From contig NC_043010.1 of assembly GCF_006345805.1 (NCBI RefSeq), positions 38,316,001-38,380,000 of the forward strand: a DNA stretch of 64,000 nucleotides, in the 5' to 3' direction. Source of the stretch: Octopus sinensis (lineage: Eukaryota). The notes beneath the pieces are model-generated. The model had not been told where the DNA came from, searched no databases, and saw nothing but the letters and a program-made list of their open reading frames with translations. Shown here one piece after another: positions 1 to 12,607 of the stretch (positions within the stretch are counted from its first letter, which is position 1; each line of letters starts with the position of its first letter). The translations under genes and the position numbers were made by a program.

Positions 1-220
1 CTCATCAGCCATGGAAATCCAGGCTATAAGCGCAGTTTCGGAAGATATTAAACTCCATGGTACTGCTCATCCAGTTGTGCCAGTAGTACGGAATATCGGT
101 ACGATGATGGACAAAGAAGGGCAAAACGAAAAAGACAACAAAACAAAAGTAGGACAGAAAATTACGGATAGAAACAATACAGTAACAGAACATACATACA
201 TATATATATATATATATAAT

Positions 221-284
<64 letters not shown>

Positions 285-350
285 ATATATATACATATAC
301 ATATATACACTCATATATATAAATACGCGAGCAAATACACAAACGGGCGT

Positions 351-855
351 TTGTATGTGTGCCGTCTCGCACGCATGTAAGTACATATAGTATATAGCGG
401 AATAATAACATGGGCTAGCTAGAAACACGGGTATGTAAAATACAAAAGGATAGACGGACAGATGGCTGGATGAAGAGACGGATGTACACATCCTTTCCTC
501 CGCACACACTCACACTCACATACGCATACAATGGAAAAGCGGGGATGGTTCAGAAAAGGAAGAAAAGCAGAAAAAAAGAACAGAATACATACTTGTACAG
601 CCCAAGATGAAGTCACAATACTGTTGATCGTTGCACTTACACACGTGTTCACAGTTATCTCCATAACGGCCGTATGGACAACCTAAGCGACACACGCAAG
701 ACAAAACAATATTGTATATAACTTTATGTAATTTTACACACACACACACACAAATATATGACAGGTTATATTGTATGCGTGCTGTCTCGCACGCATCTAA
801 ACACATAGTATATAGCGGAATAATAACATGGGCTAACTAGAAACACGGGTATGTA
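351..855 (+). repeat. ~85-bp direct repeat pair (351-436, 771-855) bracketing exon 19
   Basis: GTCTCGCACGCAT...TAGTATATAGCGGAATAATAACATGGGCTA.CTAGAAACACGGGTATGTA occurs twice. Confidence 0.9.
593..682 (-). CDS. MEGF10: Coding exon 19 (truncated last EGF): SCPYGRYGDNCEHVCKCNDQQYCDFILGCT
   Basis: 90 nt, phase 1-1, gtcgcttag| ... |gtatgt. Confidence 0.92.
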
Positions 856-1100
856 TTCGTTAGAATTGATTGGGCAACTCCGAGAGTTTGTTAGCGATAG
901 AAAGCCTGTTTAGGAGGTTATTCGCAGCGTCTAAAGTGCTGTAAATCGGGATTGCACAGGCGGAAAAAAATCCTTTATCAAAATGCAAAATAATAAGAGG
1001 AAAGAATTTTACAAAATAAAATTTTAACGAAAAAAAGAAAAGGAAAAAGAACGTAGAATAATATACAAAAATATTTTTTTAAGTATAAAATGCACCTGTT

Positions 1101-1131
<31 letters not shown>

Positions 1132-1323
1132 TACGAACATATATATGCATATTCAAATATATATACACATGTACATAAGCATACATATATATGTATATAT
1201 ATATATATATATATATAAAAACACACATATATATATATATATAAACACATACATACAGGCAGGAAGCAGATAGATAGATAGATAGATAGATAGATCAGCC
1301 ATTATCTATAAAACTTCACTTAC

Positions 1324-1452
1324 TTTCTTTACAGTGTACACCAGTATATCCCGGAAGACATCGGCAGGCGCCATCATTGGTGCGGCACTTTCCACCATTG
1401 CTGCACTCACATTTAAACTGGCAGTTTTCACCGAAATAACCTGGTTCACACT
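1324..1452 (-). CDS. MEGF10: Coding exon 18: ECEPGYFGENCQFKCECSNGGKCRTNDGACRCLPGYTGVHCKE
   Basis: 129 nt, phase 1-1, donor |gtaagt; the acceptor is an A-run AG (see findings). Confidence 0.92.
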
Positions 1453-1513
1453 CTTTTTTTTTTTATCAAATGGAAATGTAACAGAGGGATAGAGAAAAAC
1501 ACTATTGTAGATT

Positions 1514-2763
1514 AATACATACATACATACATACATACATACATACATACATACATACATACATACACACACACATACATACATACATACATACATACAT
1601 ACATACATACATACATACATACATACATACATTCATGCATACATACATGTATACATACATACATACATACGTACATACATACATACATACATACACACAT
1701 ACATACATACATACATACATACATACATACATACATGCATACATACATGTATACATACATACATACATACGTACATACATACATACATACATACACACAT
1801 ACATACATACACACATACATACATACATACATACATACATACATACATCATGCATACATACATACATACATACATACATACATACATACATACATACATA
1901 CACACATACATACATACATACATACATACATACATACATACATACATACATACGTACGTTATACATACATACATACACACATACAACATGTATACATACA
2001 TACATACATACGTACGTACATAACATACATACATACACACATACATACATACATACATAATAAACATACATACATACATACATACACATGTATACATACA
2101 TACATACACAAATACATACATACATACATACATACATACATACATACCACACACATACATACATACATACATACATACATACATACATACATGTACATAC
2201 ACCCAACATAACATACATACATACACACATACATACACACATACATACATACATACACACATACATACATACATACACACATACATACACACATACATAC
2301 ATACATACATATATACATACATACATACATACATACACACATACATACATACATACATACATACATACATACATACATGTATACATACATTAGGCTTCTC
2401 AAAATCAGAAAGGAGAAAGTTGATTAGAAAACTACAGATCCAAGCTTTCACTGGAACTGTAAAAATCTGTAAAACTTTCCAGAAGTTTATCATTTAAGTA
2501 TATATGAGCATTTCTAGATATGCAAACTATATGCATGAGAAGGCATACATAAAATAAAGCATACAAATCTGCACATATGCATACGTACATACAAACAAAA
2601 TTACCCTGTTACTGATGTCGAAATTCCAATGGAGGAGCCTTGGATTTAGGTTAAAAACTGTCTCCTTTTTTTATTTGCAAGAAATCGTGAAATGAAACTG
2701 AACAATGGCACACATACATACATACATACATACATACATACATACATACATACATACATACAT

Positions 2764-2802
<39 letters not shown>

Positions 2803-2879
2803 TACAGACAGACAGACATACAGACAGACAGACATACATACATACATACATACATACATACATACAGACAGACAGACAG

Positions 2880-2910
<31 letters not shown>

Positions 2911-3390
2911 TACATACATACATACATACATACATACATACATACATACAGACAGACAGACATACATACATACACACACACACATACATACATACATACA
3001 TACATACGTACGTACATACATACATACATACATACATACATACATACATACATACAGACAGACATACATACAGACAGACATACATACATACATACACACA
3101 CACACATACATACATACATACATACATACATACATACATACATACATACATACATACGTACATCATATACATACATACATGCATGCATACATACATACAT
3201 ACACACATACATAATACATACATACATACATACAAACTACATACATACATACATAACAAACATACATTACATACATACACACATACATGCAGAATACATA
3301 ATACATACATACATACATACATACATACATACAGACAGACATCATACATACATACATACATACAGACAGACAGGACAGACAGACAGACAA
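1514..3390. repeat. Large (CATA)n/(CAGA)n microsatellite arrays (1514-2390, 2711-3390)
   Basis: Direct reading; source of the MYVC/HTYI pseudo-ORFs. Confidence 0.97.
2391..2710 (+). mobile_element. 5'-truncated RLE-type LINE 3' end embedded in (CATA)n
   Basis: LGFSKSERRKLIRKLQIQAFTGTVKICKTFQKF* + 3' UTR; homologous to 61853-62180. Confidence 0.75.
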
Positions 3391-3595
3391 AATCTTAAAA
3401 CTAAGAACGTGAAAGGCAAACAAAATGACTAAGTTAAAGTTATTAATTTTACAGTCAGATATTTAGAAATAGAAATGTTTTAACGTTTCCGAGGAAACGT
3501 GCGCACAGAGGGGAGGGGGGGGGAAGAAAGGAGATATTAACTGTATGGGAGACAAATTTCTGTATGCAAATTTCAAATTGACTGCCCCGTATGTC

Positions 3596-3648
<53 letters not shown>

Positions 3649-3711
3649 CGTGTATGCGCGTGTGTGTGTGTATGTGTGCGTGCGTGTGTGTGTGTGTGAG
3701 GGGGGGGGGCG

Positions 3712-4082
3712 TAATAACCCAGTGGTTAGGGCAGCGGACTCGCGATCGTAGGATCATGGTTTTGATTCCCAGACGCGGCGTTGTGAGTGTTTATTGAGCG
3801 AAAACACTTAATGTTCTACGAGGCTCCGGCAGGGGCTGGTGGCGAACTCTGCTGTACTCTTTCACCACAACTTTCTCTCACTTTTTCTTCCTGTTTCTGT
3901 TGTACCTGTATTTCAAAGGGCCAGCCTTGTCACACTCTGTGTCACGATGAATCTCCTCGAGAACTACGTTAAGGGTACACGTGTCTGTGGAGTGCTCAGC
4001 CACTTGCACGTTAATTTCACGAGCAGGCTGTTCCGTTGATTTGATCAACTGGAACCCTCGTCGTCGTAACCGATGGAATGCC
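3712..4082 (+). mobile_element. tRNA-headed SINE family D (copies at 25758-25997 -, 45275-45560 +, 59262-59547 -, 59876-60200 +)
   Basis: CCCAGTGGTTAGGGCAGCGGACTCGCG...GATTCCC head; shared body CCACAACTTTCTCTCAC. Confidence 0.8.
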
Positions 4083-4109
4083 GTCATGTGTGTGTGTATG
4101 TGTGTGTGT

Positions 4110-4166
<57 letters not shown>

Positions 4167-4559
4167 CGCAAAGAACTGAGCAAGATGGTTTTTTTAAGAT
4201 TAGCAAATACCCTGGCATGCAAGTCTTCCCACGCCACACCACCGACGTTTTTATCCAAAGGAATGACCAACGACTTGAAAAGGCCAGTGTCGTAGCACAC
4301 GTTGCTAGCAGAACGCTAAGGGCCGAAGCAGCTACTCTAAGGCGCCTTGTATTGTAGCACTTTGTATTCGTACGCTTTTGTAGATTCCGAAATTGATAAA
4401 AAGCAAAAATCGACTTCGGTGTGATATGAATTCAAAGTGCAGACGATCGGAAAAAATGCCGCCATAAACTTTATCTGGCGATTTAACGACTTAGCCATTT
4501 CGGCGCCTTACGGCTTTTTCTGCTTTCTTTCCTCTATAGGCAAAGAGCCTGAAAATTTG

Positions 4560-4950
4560 AAGGAGGTTTCTACTCAATTACATCGGCCATAGTGTTCAAC
4601 TAGATCTTGTTTTATCGACCCCGAAAGGATGAAAGATAAAGTAGCCTCGGCGGAATTTCAACTCAGAACGTAAAGCCGGCTAAAATATCGCTAAACATTT
4701 TGTCCGACGTAAAAACAATGCTGTCAGCTCGTCCACCTTCGGTGCTTTAATATTCCTTCTAATCAAATTCCGCTGAGGTCGACTTTGCCTTTCATCCTTT
4801 TGGGGTCGATAAATTAAGTACCAGTCGCATACTGAGGTTGATCTAATCGACTGGCCTCCTCCCCCAAAATTTCGGGACTTGTGCCTAGAGCAGAAAAGAA
4901 TATTTCTTCTACTAACGATTCTACCAGCTCACCGACTTTATGCGCCTTAA
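4560..4950. mobile_element. Two SINE family B copies in inverted orientation
   Basis: CCGAAAGGATGAAAG...GGAATTTCAACTCAGAACG followed by its reverse complement GAGGTCGACTTTGCCTTTCATCC. Confidence 0.8.
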
Positions 4951-5009
4951 TATCATTACTAGAATACTATTAGAAGACATTTTTTTAAAGAATTAATCAG
5001 GAAGCTTAC

Positions 5010-5141
5010 CAATGTTACATTTGTCACCAAGCCAACCAGGTAGACACTGACAAAAGCCTGTTACACTATCACATCTGGCGCCGTTAAAACAGGAATCGCA
5101 TTTCTCACTGCAGTGGAGACCAAATGTACCGTTTGGACATT
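5010..5141 (-). CDS. MEGF10: Coding exon 17: ECPNGTFGLHCSEKCDSCFNGARCDSVTGFCQCLPGWLGDKCNI
   Basis: 132 nt, phase 1-1, tcttttcag| ... TTG|gtaagc. Confidence 0.95.
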
Positions 5142-5207
5142 CTGAAAAGAAACAAAAAAAGAGAACGGTTCAAATTATTTTTTAGAGTTAGGTTAGTGCA
5201 CGCTCTT

Positions 5208-5274
<67 letters not shown>

Positions 5275-5885
5275 TATACGAGCAAAACGCCCCCCCCCCT
5301 CCGTCCAATGGACGGTGCTGAGTTGTCAAACATTTAAACCAAATTTTCTCAAAATAACTTGTCTGACCCTCCCATAGGCCTCCCCTTTGAGAAACACTGA
5401 TTTAACTTAAATTTGAGACGACAGCAAAAGAAGAAATAAAGATAGACTGTTTTCTATTCCAAAGAAAAGCGATTTTATTGCGCGTACAAATGCATGTTCC
5501 CACGGCTTTATCGATTGCATTCTCACCAGGAATCGATTTTTGTAATTTTTTCAAGACTTATACACGCCCTGATACCGTCAGTATCTACATATCAAATTTG
5601 AGCACAATCGGATGGAGGATGCCCGAGATCCTAGAAGACACACACACAGACAGACAAAACGGATTTTATGTAATACGACACACACACACACACACACACG
5701 CACACACACATGCACACACCCAGACACACGAAAATTTAATATTCATGTATAGCACATCATGTGTATTTTAAAATCTAAGTTAAATTCAAAGTAGTTTAGC
5801 CGCAGTTTTTAAAAGTCTTTTGCGGTTGAACATTAAACTATGAATACGTCTTGACATTTCCTTCGTATACAGGAAAGCATAAAAG

Positions 5886-5926
5886 TTCCGACATGTTTCA
5901 TGGTTCGTTGATCAGTCATCAGAAGT
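5886..5926 (-). ncRNA. Hammerhead-like remnant: intact core, weak stems
   Basis: ACTT-CTGATGA-ctgatcaacgaaccat-GAAA-CATG-TC-GGAA. Confidence 0.35.
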
Positions 5927-6126
5927 AAAGTATCCCCCATCCACTACACACACACCGCAAACATTTTTTTTCTCTGTAAGAAGAGAATAACTGGATGTAT
6001 TTACACCAGTTTAAAGATTCACAGCGAATGTCCTTAAAAGTGTCGTTTATTTGCTTTAAGTTTATCTTTCGAATCCGAAACGTTTTAAAGGGTCACAGCC
6101 ATTCTTCAAAACGATATCCAGCTTAC

Positions 6127-6267
6127 CTTTATCACAGAGATAGCCCATCTTTCCTGGAGGACACGTGCAAAGTCCAGTGAGTAAGTTACAACGTAAGTCC
6201 CCGTCGTGCACAGGACAAGCAGGACAGGACTGTTTACACCAGAAACCGTAATATCCAGGTTCGCATT
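6127..6267 (-). CDS. MEGF10: Coding exon 16: ECEPGYYGFWCKQSCPACPVHDGDLRCNLLTGLCTCPPGKMGYLCDK
   Basis: 141 nt, phase 1-1, cttttacag| ... AAG|gtaagc. Confidence 0.95.
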
Positions 6268-6484
6268 CTGTAAAAGAAATAAAATACGTCTTAGAAAAAT
6301 AAAATCAGAAAATGCGCAAGTAAGTTGTGCACAAGCAGGCAAGCGTTTAGCATTTTTTTTTAATGGCGAACAAGGAATGATCAGAGATCAAACGTGTAAA
6401 TGATGATGACGATGACGACCACATCGACGACCACATCGACGACCCTCCTCCTCCTTCTCCTCCTCACCATCACCATCACCATCA

Positions 6485-6523
<39 letters not shown>

Positions 6524-6730
6524 TGTTTTAGCGCCTAATTTTCCGTGCTTGAACAGATCAGACGGATATTCTATGGCCGCATTCCGTTTCGGTTGCCAAC
6601 CGTCAATTGTTTCCCTATGACCGAACATGTTTTCGCGGAAGATTGTAAACGAACGATATCGCTTGCATGACGTGGAAATTCATTTACAACTGTCACCAGA
6701 TGTCACAAGAATGAAACACAAACACAAATG

Positions 6731-6778
<48 letters not shown>

Positions 6779-7054
6779 GTAGGTTTCTTATAGTTTTCGT
6801 CTACCAAATCCAACTTATAAGGTTTTTGATCAATCAAGGGATTTAGTAGAAGGCACTTAGCCAAGGTGTCACACAGTGGGACCGAACTTGAGACCACGTG
6901 GTTGAAAAGTGAACTTCTCAATCATACACCTATACTGGCACCAGGTGAAATATTTTCAAAAACCATTTCTAAATATGAGATTAATACCTCGGGAAATTAT
7001 ATTTGTATTAACAACGACTCATCTCAGATATTTTGATATTTAAGATAATCTTAC

Positions 7055-7201
7055 CTTCTTCGCATTTATCACCAATCCACCCAGGTTGACAGTGGCATTT
7101 ACCCGTCTTCATGTCACATGATCCACCATTAGCACAGGTGCACACTCGGTCACAATTCTCACCCCATATACCATCAGGACAAGTACTGTTGCAAAAAACA
7201 C
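7055..7201 (-). CDS. MEGF10: Coding exon 15: [49 protein letters not shown]
   Basis: 147 nt, phase 1-1, tttcctcag| ... AAG|gtaaga. Confidence 0.95.
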
Positions 7202-7294
7202 CTGAGGAAAACAAAAATAACAACAAAAAAATTAACAAAATAACCAATAAATAAAAAACAAATGCACCCTTTTGAAGCCTAGCCAGGCTCATGG

Positions 7295-7610
7295 TACTTA
7301 ATTTATCGACCTCGAAAGGATGAAAGGCAAAGTTGACCTCGGCGGAATTTGAACTCAGGGCGTAACGGCAGACGAAATACCTATTTCTTTACTACCCACA
7401 AAGGGCTAAACACAGAGAGGACAAACAAGGACAGACAAACGGATTAAGTCGATTATATCGACCCCAGTGCGTAACTGGTACTTATTTAATCGACCCCGAA
7501 AGGATGAAAGGCAAAGACGACTTCGGCGGAATTTGAACTCAGAACGTAGCGGCAGACGAAATACCGCTAAGTATTTCGCCTGGCGTGCTAACGTTTCTGC
7601 CAACTTGCAT
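7295..7610 (-). mobile_element. SINE family B dimer (tRNA-like head GGCAGAAACGTTAGC...GAGTTCAAATTCC on minus strand)
   Basis: Two units joined by the same spacer seen at 9690-9790. Confidence 0.85.
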
Positions 7611-7761
7611 TGTCGGCATTGCGAGCAGACATTCACAGGCAAAGGGATAATGTCGGCATAATGAACAGACAGTCTCTTCACACGCATTTCTAATTTCTGA
7701 AAGAATTAACGTTTTCCTTTCTAATATTATTATATATGAATGGGTATCACATTTATCTTAC

Positions 7762-7870
7762 CTGTCCATCCATGTTCACATGAACAGAGTCCAGTTTCTG
7801 AGTCACACCTGGCAGTATTGGAAGCGGTACAAGGACATTGTTCTCTACAGTTGACACCGAAACGACCATT
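7762..7870 (-). CDS. MEGF10: Coding exon 14: NGRFGVNCREQCPCTASNTARCDSETGLCSCEHGWT
   Basis: 109 nt, phase 0-1, ttttcaacag| ... CAG|gtaaga. Confidence 0.95.
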
Positions 7871-8473
7871 CTGTTGAAAAAGACAGGCAGAAGGAGAAGA
7901 AGATAAGCGAAGATGAGGGGGTGCTGTGGGAGGATTAGAATTAGATCAATAAACAAATATATTAACTTGATAAAGGCGCAGGGGTGACTGTTGGTTTTAG
8001 AGAAGCAGAAGATCGGCGACCGCCTTTTGCCTTCTCCCATTAATATCATTATTTCGTTTATCATTTCATCTCATTTGTGTTATTGTCCAGCACGCAGCTA
8101 CATCTGTGTAATAACCTTGTGGCAAAATATATGAATAAATGTTTGCTTTCCAACTACATGGTTCGGGGTTCAGTCCCACTGCGTGGCATTTTGGGCTAGT
8201 GACTTCAGTCAATTGACTGAAACAAGTAAAAGAATAAATGAATATATTCGCCTTTTTGTAGTGACTCGGTAGCCAAAAACTCAAGCTAAAATTCTCCCTC
8301 AAATCACATCGTGCCGTATTATTTAAAAGAACAGATTTGATAATGCCATATTGGAAGTGTAAAAATACAGGAACGCCTTTGATCACAGGTCTGCACGATT
8401 AGGGTTAATTTGAAGCAAAAAGACAACACACATACAGATAGAGAGGTGGAGAAACAGAGAAAGCGAGAGAGAA

Positions 8474-8510
<37 letters not shown>

Positions 8511-8601
8511 AGAAAAAGAAAGAGAAACAGAGAAACAGAGGGAAGAAAGACATTAAAACAAAGTAATAAATAATATAACAGAAAAGCGAAACTGTGCTCA
8601 C

Positions 8602-8765
8602 CGGACAAGTGTCTTCACAATGAATTCCTTTGAATCCCGGCTTACAATGACATTCTCCAGTGACGTGATCGCACGATGCATCGTTCCTACAATCGCAGAC
8701 TCTGCTACAGTTCTGTCCATACAAAACCCCGGGGCACTGTTCTTCGCACATATGACCTCGCCAAC
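8602..8765 (-). CDS. MEGF10: Coding exon 13: GWRGHMCEEQCPGVLYGQNCSRVCDCRNDASCDHVTGECHCKPGFKGIHCEDTCP
   Basis: 164 nt, phase 1-0, tttattttag| ... CCG|gtgagc. Confidence 0.95.
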
Positions 8766-8789
8766 CTAAAATAAAAACAGTATTGACAT

Positions 8790-9080
8790 TTCATTCAATG
8801 CTATTGTCTTGGCAATCAACGTTTGCCACTTTTTGCATTCAATATTACTAACTTGGCATTCAGTTGTATCGACATAACAGTCAATATTCGCTACTTAACA
8901 TTCAAACGTTACCACTTCGGCATTCAATGCTATCAACTTGAAATTTAACGATGCTGAATCTCCATTCAACTTTACCAATTCTATATTTAATGCTAACAAT
9001 ACGACGCTAAAAATTAGCCATTTCGTATTCAAATTTATCGACTTGGAGTTCATAACAATTTCGGTAACTTTCGTTTAATA
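8790..9080. repeat. Degenerate 21-bp minisatellite (CATTCAATGCTATCAACTTGG-like)
   Basis: Successive 21-23-nt units starting CATTCAA/CAGTCAA/CAATCAA. Confidence 0.7.
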
Positions 9081-9229
9081 TTCAGCGCTATTGACCAGGT
9101 ATGCAGTGGTAACGATCTTGGTAATGGTACTTCATGCTTGGCATGTGTTCTCGTTAACAATGCATCCCAGCTAGCAGAATCGTTACAGCACCGAAATAAA
9201 ATTCTTTTGCAGTATTTGTTCAGGTTGTT

Positions 9230-9790
9230 TACATTTTCATTTCAAATCCACTCGGGATCAACTTTACATTTTATCTCTCCGGGGGTCGATGAAAATAAAG
9301 TAACATAGTATTGATTTAAAATTTTGGCAAAAAGCCAGCATTTTCGGGTGAGGGGTTAAGTAGATTACTTTGACCCCAGTGCTCAACTGGTATTTATTTT
9401 ATCAACCCCCGAAAGGACGAAAGGCAAAGTTGAACTCGGTGGAATTTGAATTCACCACATAAAGACGGACGAAATGCCGCTAAGTATTTTGCCCGGCGGG
9501 TCAACAATTCTGTCAGCTCTAAAATATCCTAATACTGATTTCAATTTTTGGCACAGGCCAGCAATTTCGACAGATAGTGTAAGTCGATTACATCGACCCC
9601 AGTGCTCAACTGGTACTTATTTTACCGACTTCGAAAGGATGAAAGGCAAAGGCGACCTCGGTGGAATTTGAACTCAGAACGTAACGGCAGACGAAATACC
9701 TATTTCTTTACTACCCACAAGGGGCTAAACACAGAGAAGACAAACAAGGACAGACAAACGGATTAAGTCGATTATATCGACCCCTGTGCG
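9230..9790 (-). mobile_element. SINE family B cluster (one inverted fragment plus tandem copies)
   Basis: Repeated GAAAGGCAAAG..GACCTCGG.GGAATTTGAA core. Confidence 0.8.
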
Positions 9791-9792
9791 TA

Positions 9793-10442
<650 letters not shown>

Positions 10443-11059
10443 AGAGGCCTTCCATTGTTGGCTTGACACCACAACTAATATAGATGTATAAATAAACAAA
10501 ACATAATTAAAACAATGTACCAATAAAGTGTATGCATTCTATAAACATGTCCAACTAAGAGCGGCCATGATGAAAACTAACACAACATAATGTGGCAGTG
10601 TTTTGACTGTTTGGTATTCAAAGAGGATTCTCATCATATTTCCTTGAAATGTTATCACAGCAATTATATACCTCTGATCGACATGTACATTTTTCTCTTT
10701 TTGTTTTATATATAAACAATAGCTTTACACGCTTCTTTGTTGCTGTTGCCGTTGCTTTTTTTTTATTTTTATTTGTGGTGTTGTTTAGCTTTCTCAGATT
10801 CGGCTCCAGACGAGCAAGGCTTTATGATCAAGCGGTCCCATGAATGTCCCGCGTAAACAGCAATTTTGAAGGGAGAGGAAAAGTTGGTGTCATCGAATCC
10901 CGTACTTGACTGCTACTTTATTCTATGGACCCTTCAGGGAGCGAAGGAAAAACGTAAAGAGTCGAAAAATTCCCTGCTAATCATTTTGTCTCTAATGATT
11001 CGGTCAACTGATACCCTTAATAATAATAATGATAGTAATAATAATAATAATAATCTTTT

Positions 11060-11226
11060 CTGTTCTAGGCACAAGGCCCGAAATTTTTTTTTGTGGTTGG
11101 GGGAGCTGTCGATTAGATCGATCCCGGTACGCAACTGTTACTTAATTTATCGACCCCGAAAGGATGAAAGGCAAAGTCCGCCTCGGCAGAATTTGAACTC
11201 AGAACGTAACGGCAGCTTACAGCCTT

Positions 11227-11269
<43 letters not shown>

Positions 11270-11695
11270 TAATAATATAATAATAATAATAATAATCTTT
11301 TCTATTCTATTCACAAGGCCCGAATTAAAAATTTTTTTTTGGTTGGGGCAACCGATTAGATCGACCCCAGTACGCAACTGCTACTTAATTTATCGATCCC
11401 GAAAGGATAAAAGGCTAAGTCGGCCTCAACAGAATTTGAACTCAGAACGTAACGGCAGCTTACATCCTTATTATTATTATTATTTTATTATTATTATATA
11501 AGGCCTGCAATTTTGGGGGAGGGGATAGTCGCTCATATCGACCGTAGTGTTTCACTGGTACTTAATTTATCGACCTCGAAAGGATGAAAGGCAAAGTCGA
11601 CCTCGGCGGAATTTGAACTCAGAACGTAGTGACGGACTAAATGCCTCTAAGCACTTTGTCCGGCGTGCTAACGTTTCTACAGGCTCGCCGCCTAA
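11060..11695 (-). mobile_element. Three tandem SINE family B copies separated by (AAT)n/(TAT)n
   Basis: Core repeated at ~11160, ~11400 and ~11580. Confidence 0.85.
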
Positions 11696-11913
11696 TTAAT
11701 GATAAAATAATAATAACTAAATTAATTAATGAAAATACTAAAATATAATACGATAAAAAAAAAAGAAACCTTGTATAAGTCTGAGATACATAGAAAGAAA
11801 TAAGAAAACATTGGTGAGGCTTTACAAAAAAGATAGAGGAGAGGAAAAAATAGGAATTATTAGAAAGAAAAAAGGAAGGAAGGAAGAGAGAAAAGAAAAG
11901 GATTTCTTGTTAC

Positions 11914-12026
11914 CTGGCGCACAAATACAGAAACCAAAGTCTGGGAGACAAGTTCCGTTGTTTTGACAAATACATTTTTGTTCACATCGTGTTCCATACG
12001 TTCCTGGGTCGCATGGTTTTGTACAA
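11914..12026 (-). CDS. MEGF10: Coding exon 12: LCTKPCDPGTYGTRCEQKCICQNNGTCLPDFGFCICAP
   Basis: 113 nt, phase 2-1, cttccccag| ... CAG|gtaaca. Confidence 0.95.
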
Positions 12027-12547
12027 CTGGGGAAGATGGAAGACGAAATAATAACCATCACCGGGCGTGAAAACAAAATAATCACCAGTTATGTTATACT
12101 AATCTGTCTCTTGTAATATGTCACTCATGTATATATACATGCATACAACACGCATTCGTACACACATACATATACTACGCCATGCATACACACATACATG
12201 CATACATGCATATACGTACACACTAAAGAAAGCAATACACTGTTGGGCCCCCACCAAAATTCAATGCAAAATAATATTCAATATTCTATTTGAAATATCT
12301 AAATAACACAAATAAAAATTTTATATACATACACATGTTACATGCATACATATATACATATATATGTGACGAAAGAACTTTGGCCGAAATACGAGTAATG
12401 TAAAAAATAAAATAAAAAACGAAGCAAATTAACACCGAATATATAGTGCGTGTGTTTTATTGGCTAAACTGGCAACATGACCGTCCCCAAATACAACAAT
12501 ATCTCTTTCAACACACGAGTTCACATCAAGAATCTTGCAAAATGAAT

Positions 12548-12603
<56 letters not shown>

Positions 12604-12607
12604 TATT

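Noticed and set aside
5-310. ORF at window start as the next (TM-proximal) exon
   Set aside because: No in-phase acceptor yielding EGF or TM sequence. The segment looks repeat-derived (GAAACTGCGC...CTGATGAG hammerhead-like pieces).
1502-3432. Long ORFs (MYVCMYVC / HTYIHTYI, up to 294 aa)
   Set aside because: Translations of (CATA)n and (CAGA)n microsatellites. The same applies to the many YIYI, LSLS, CVCV, SIYL and poly-N/I/L ORFs across the window.
3712-3790. tRNA-like sequences (also 25925-25997, 59876-59950, SINE A/B heads)
   Set aside because: They run directly into SINE bodies and lack a full cloverleaf and acceptor stem: SINE heads, not tRNA genes.
12366-12400. Other hammerhead-like fragments (12366, 29048, 31230, 40295)
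   Set aside because: Each lacks a core half or has no pairing in stem I or II; at best heavily decayed.
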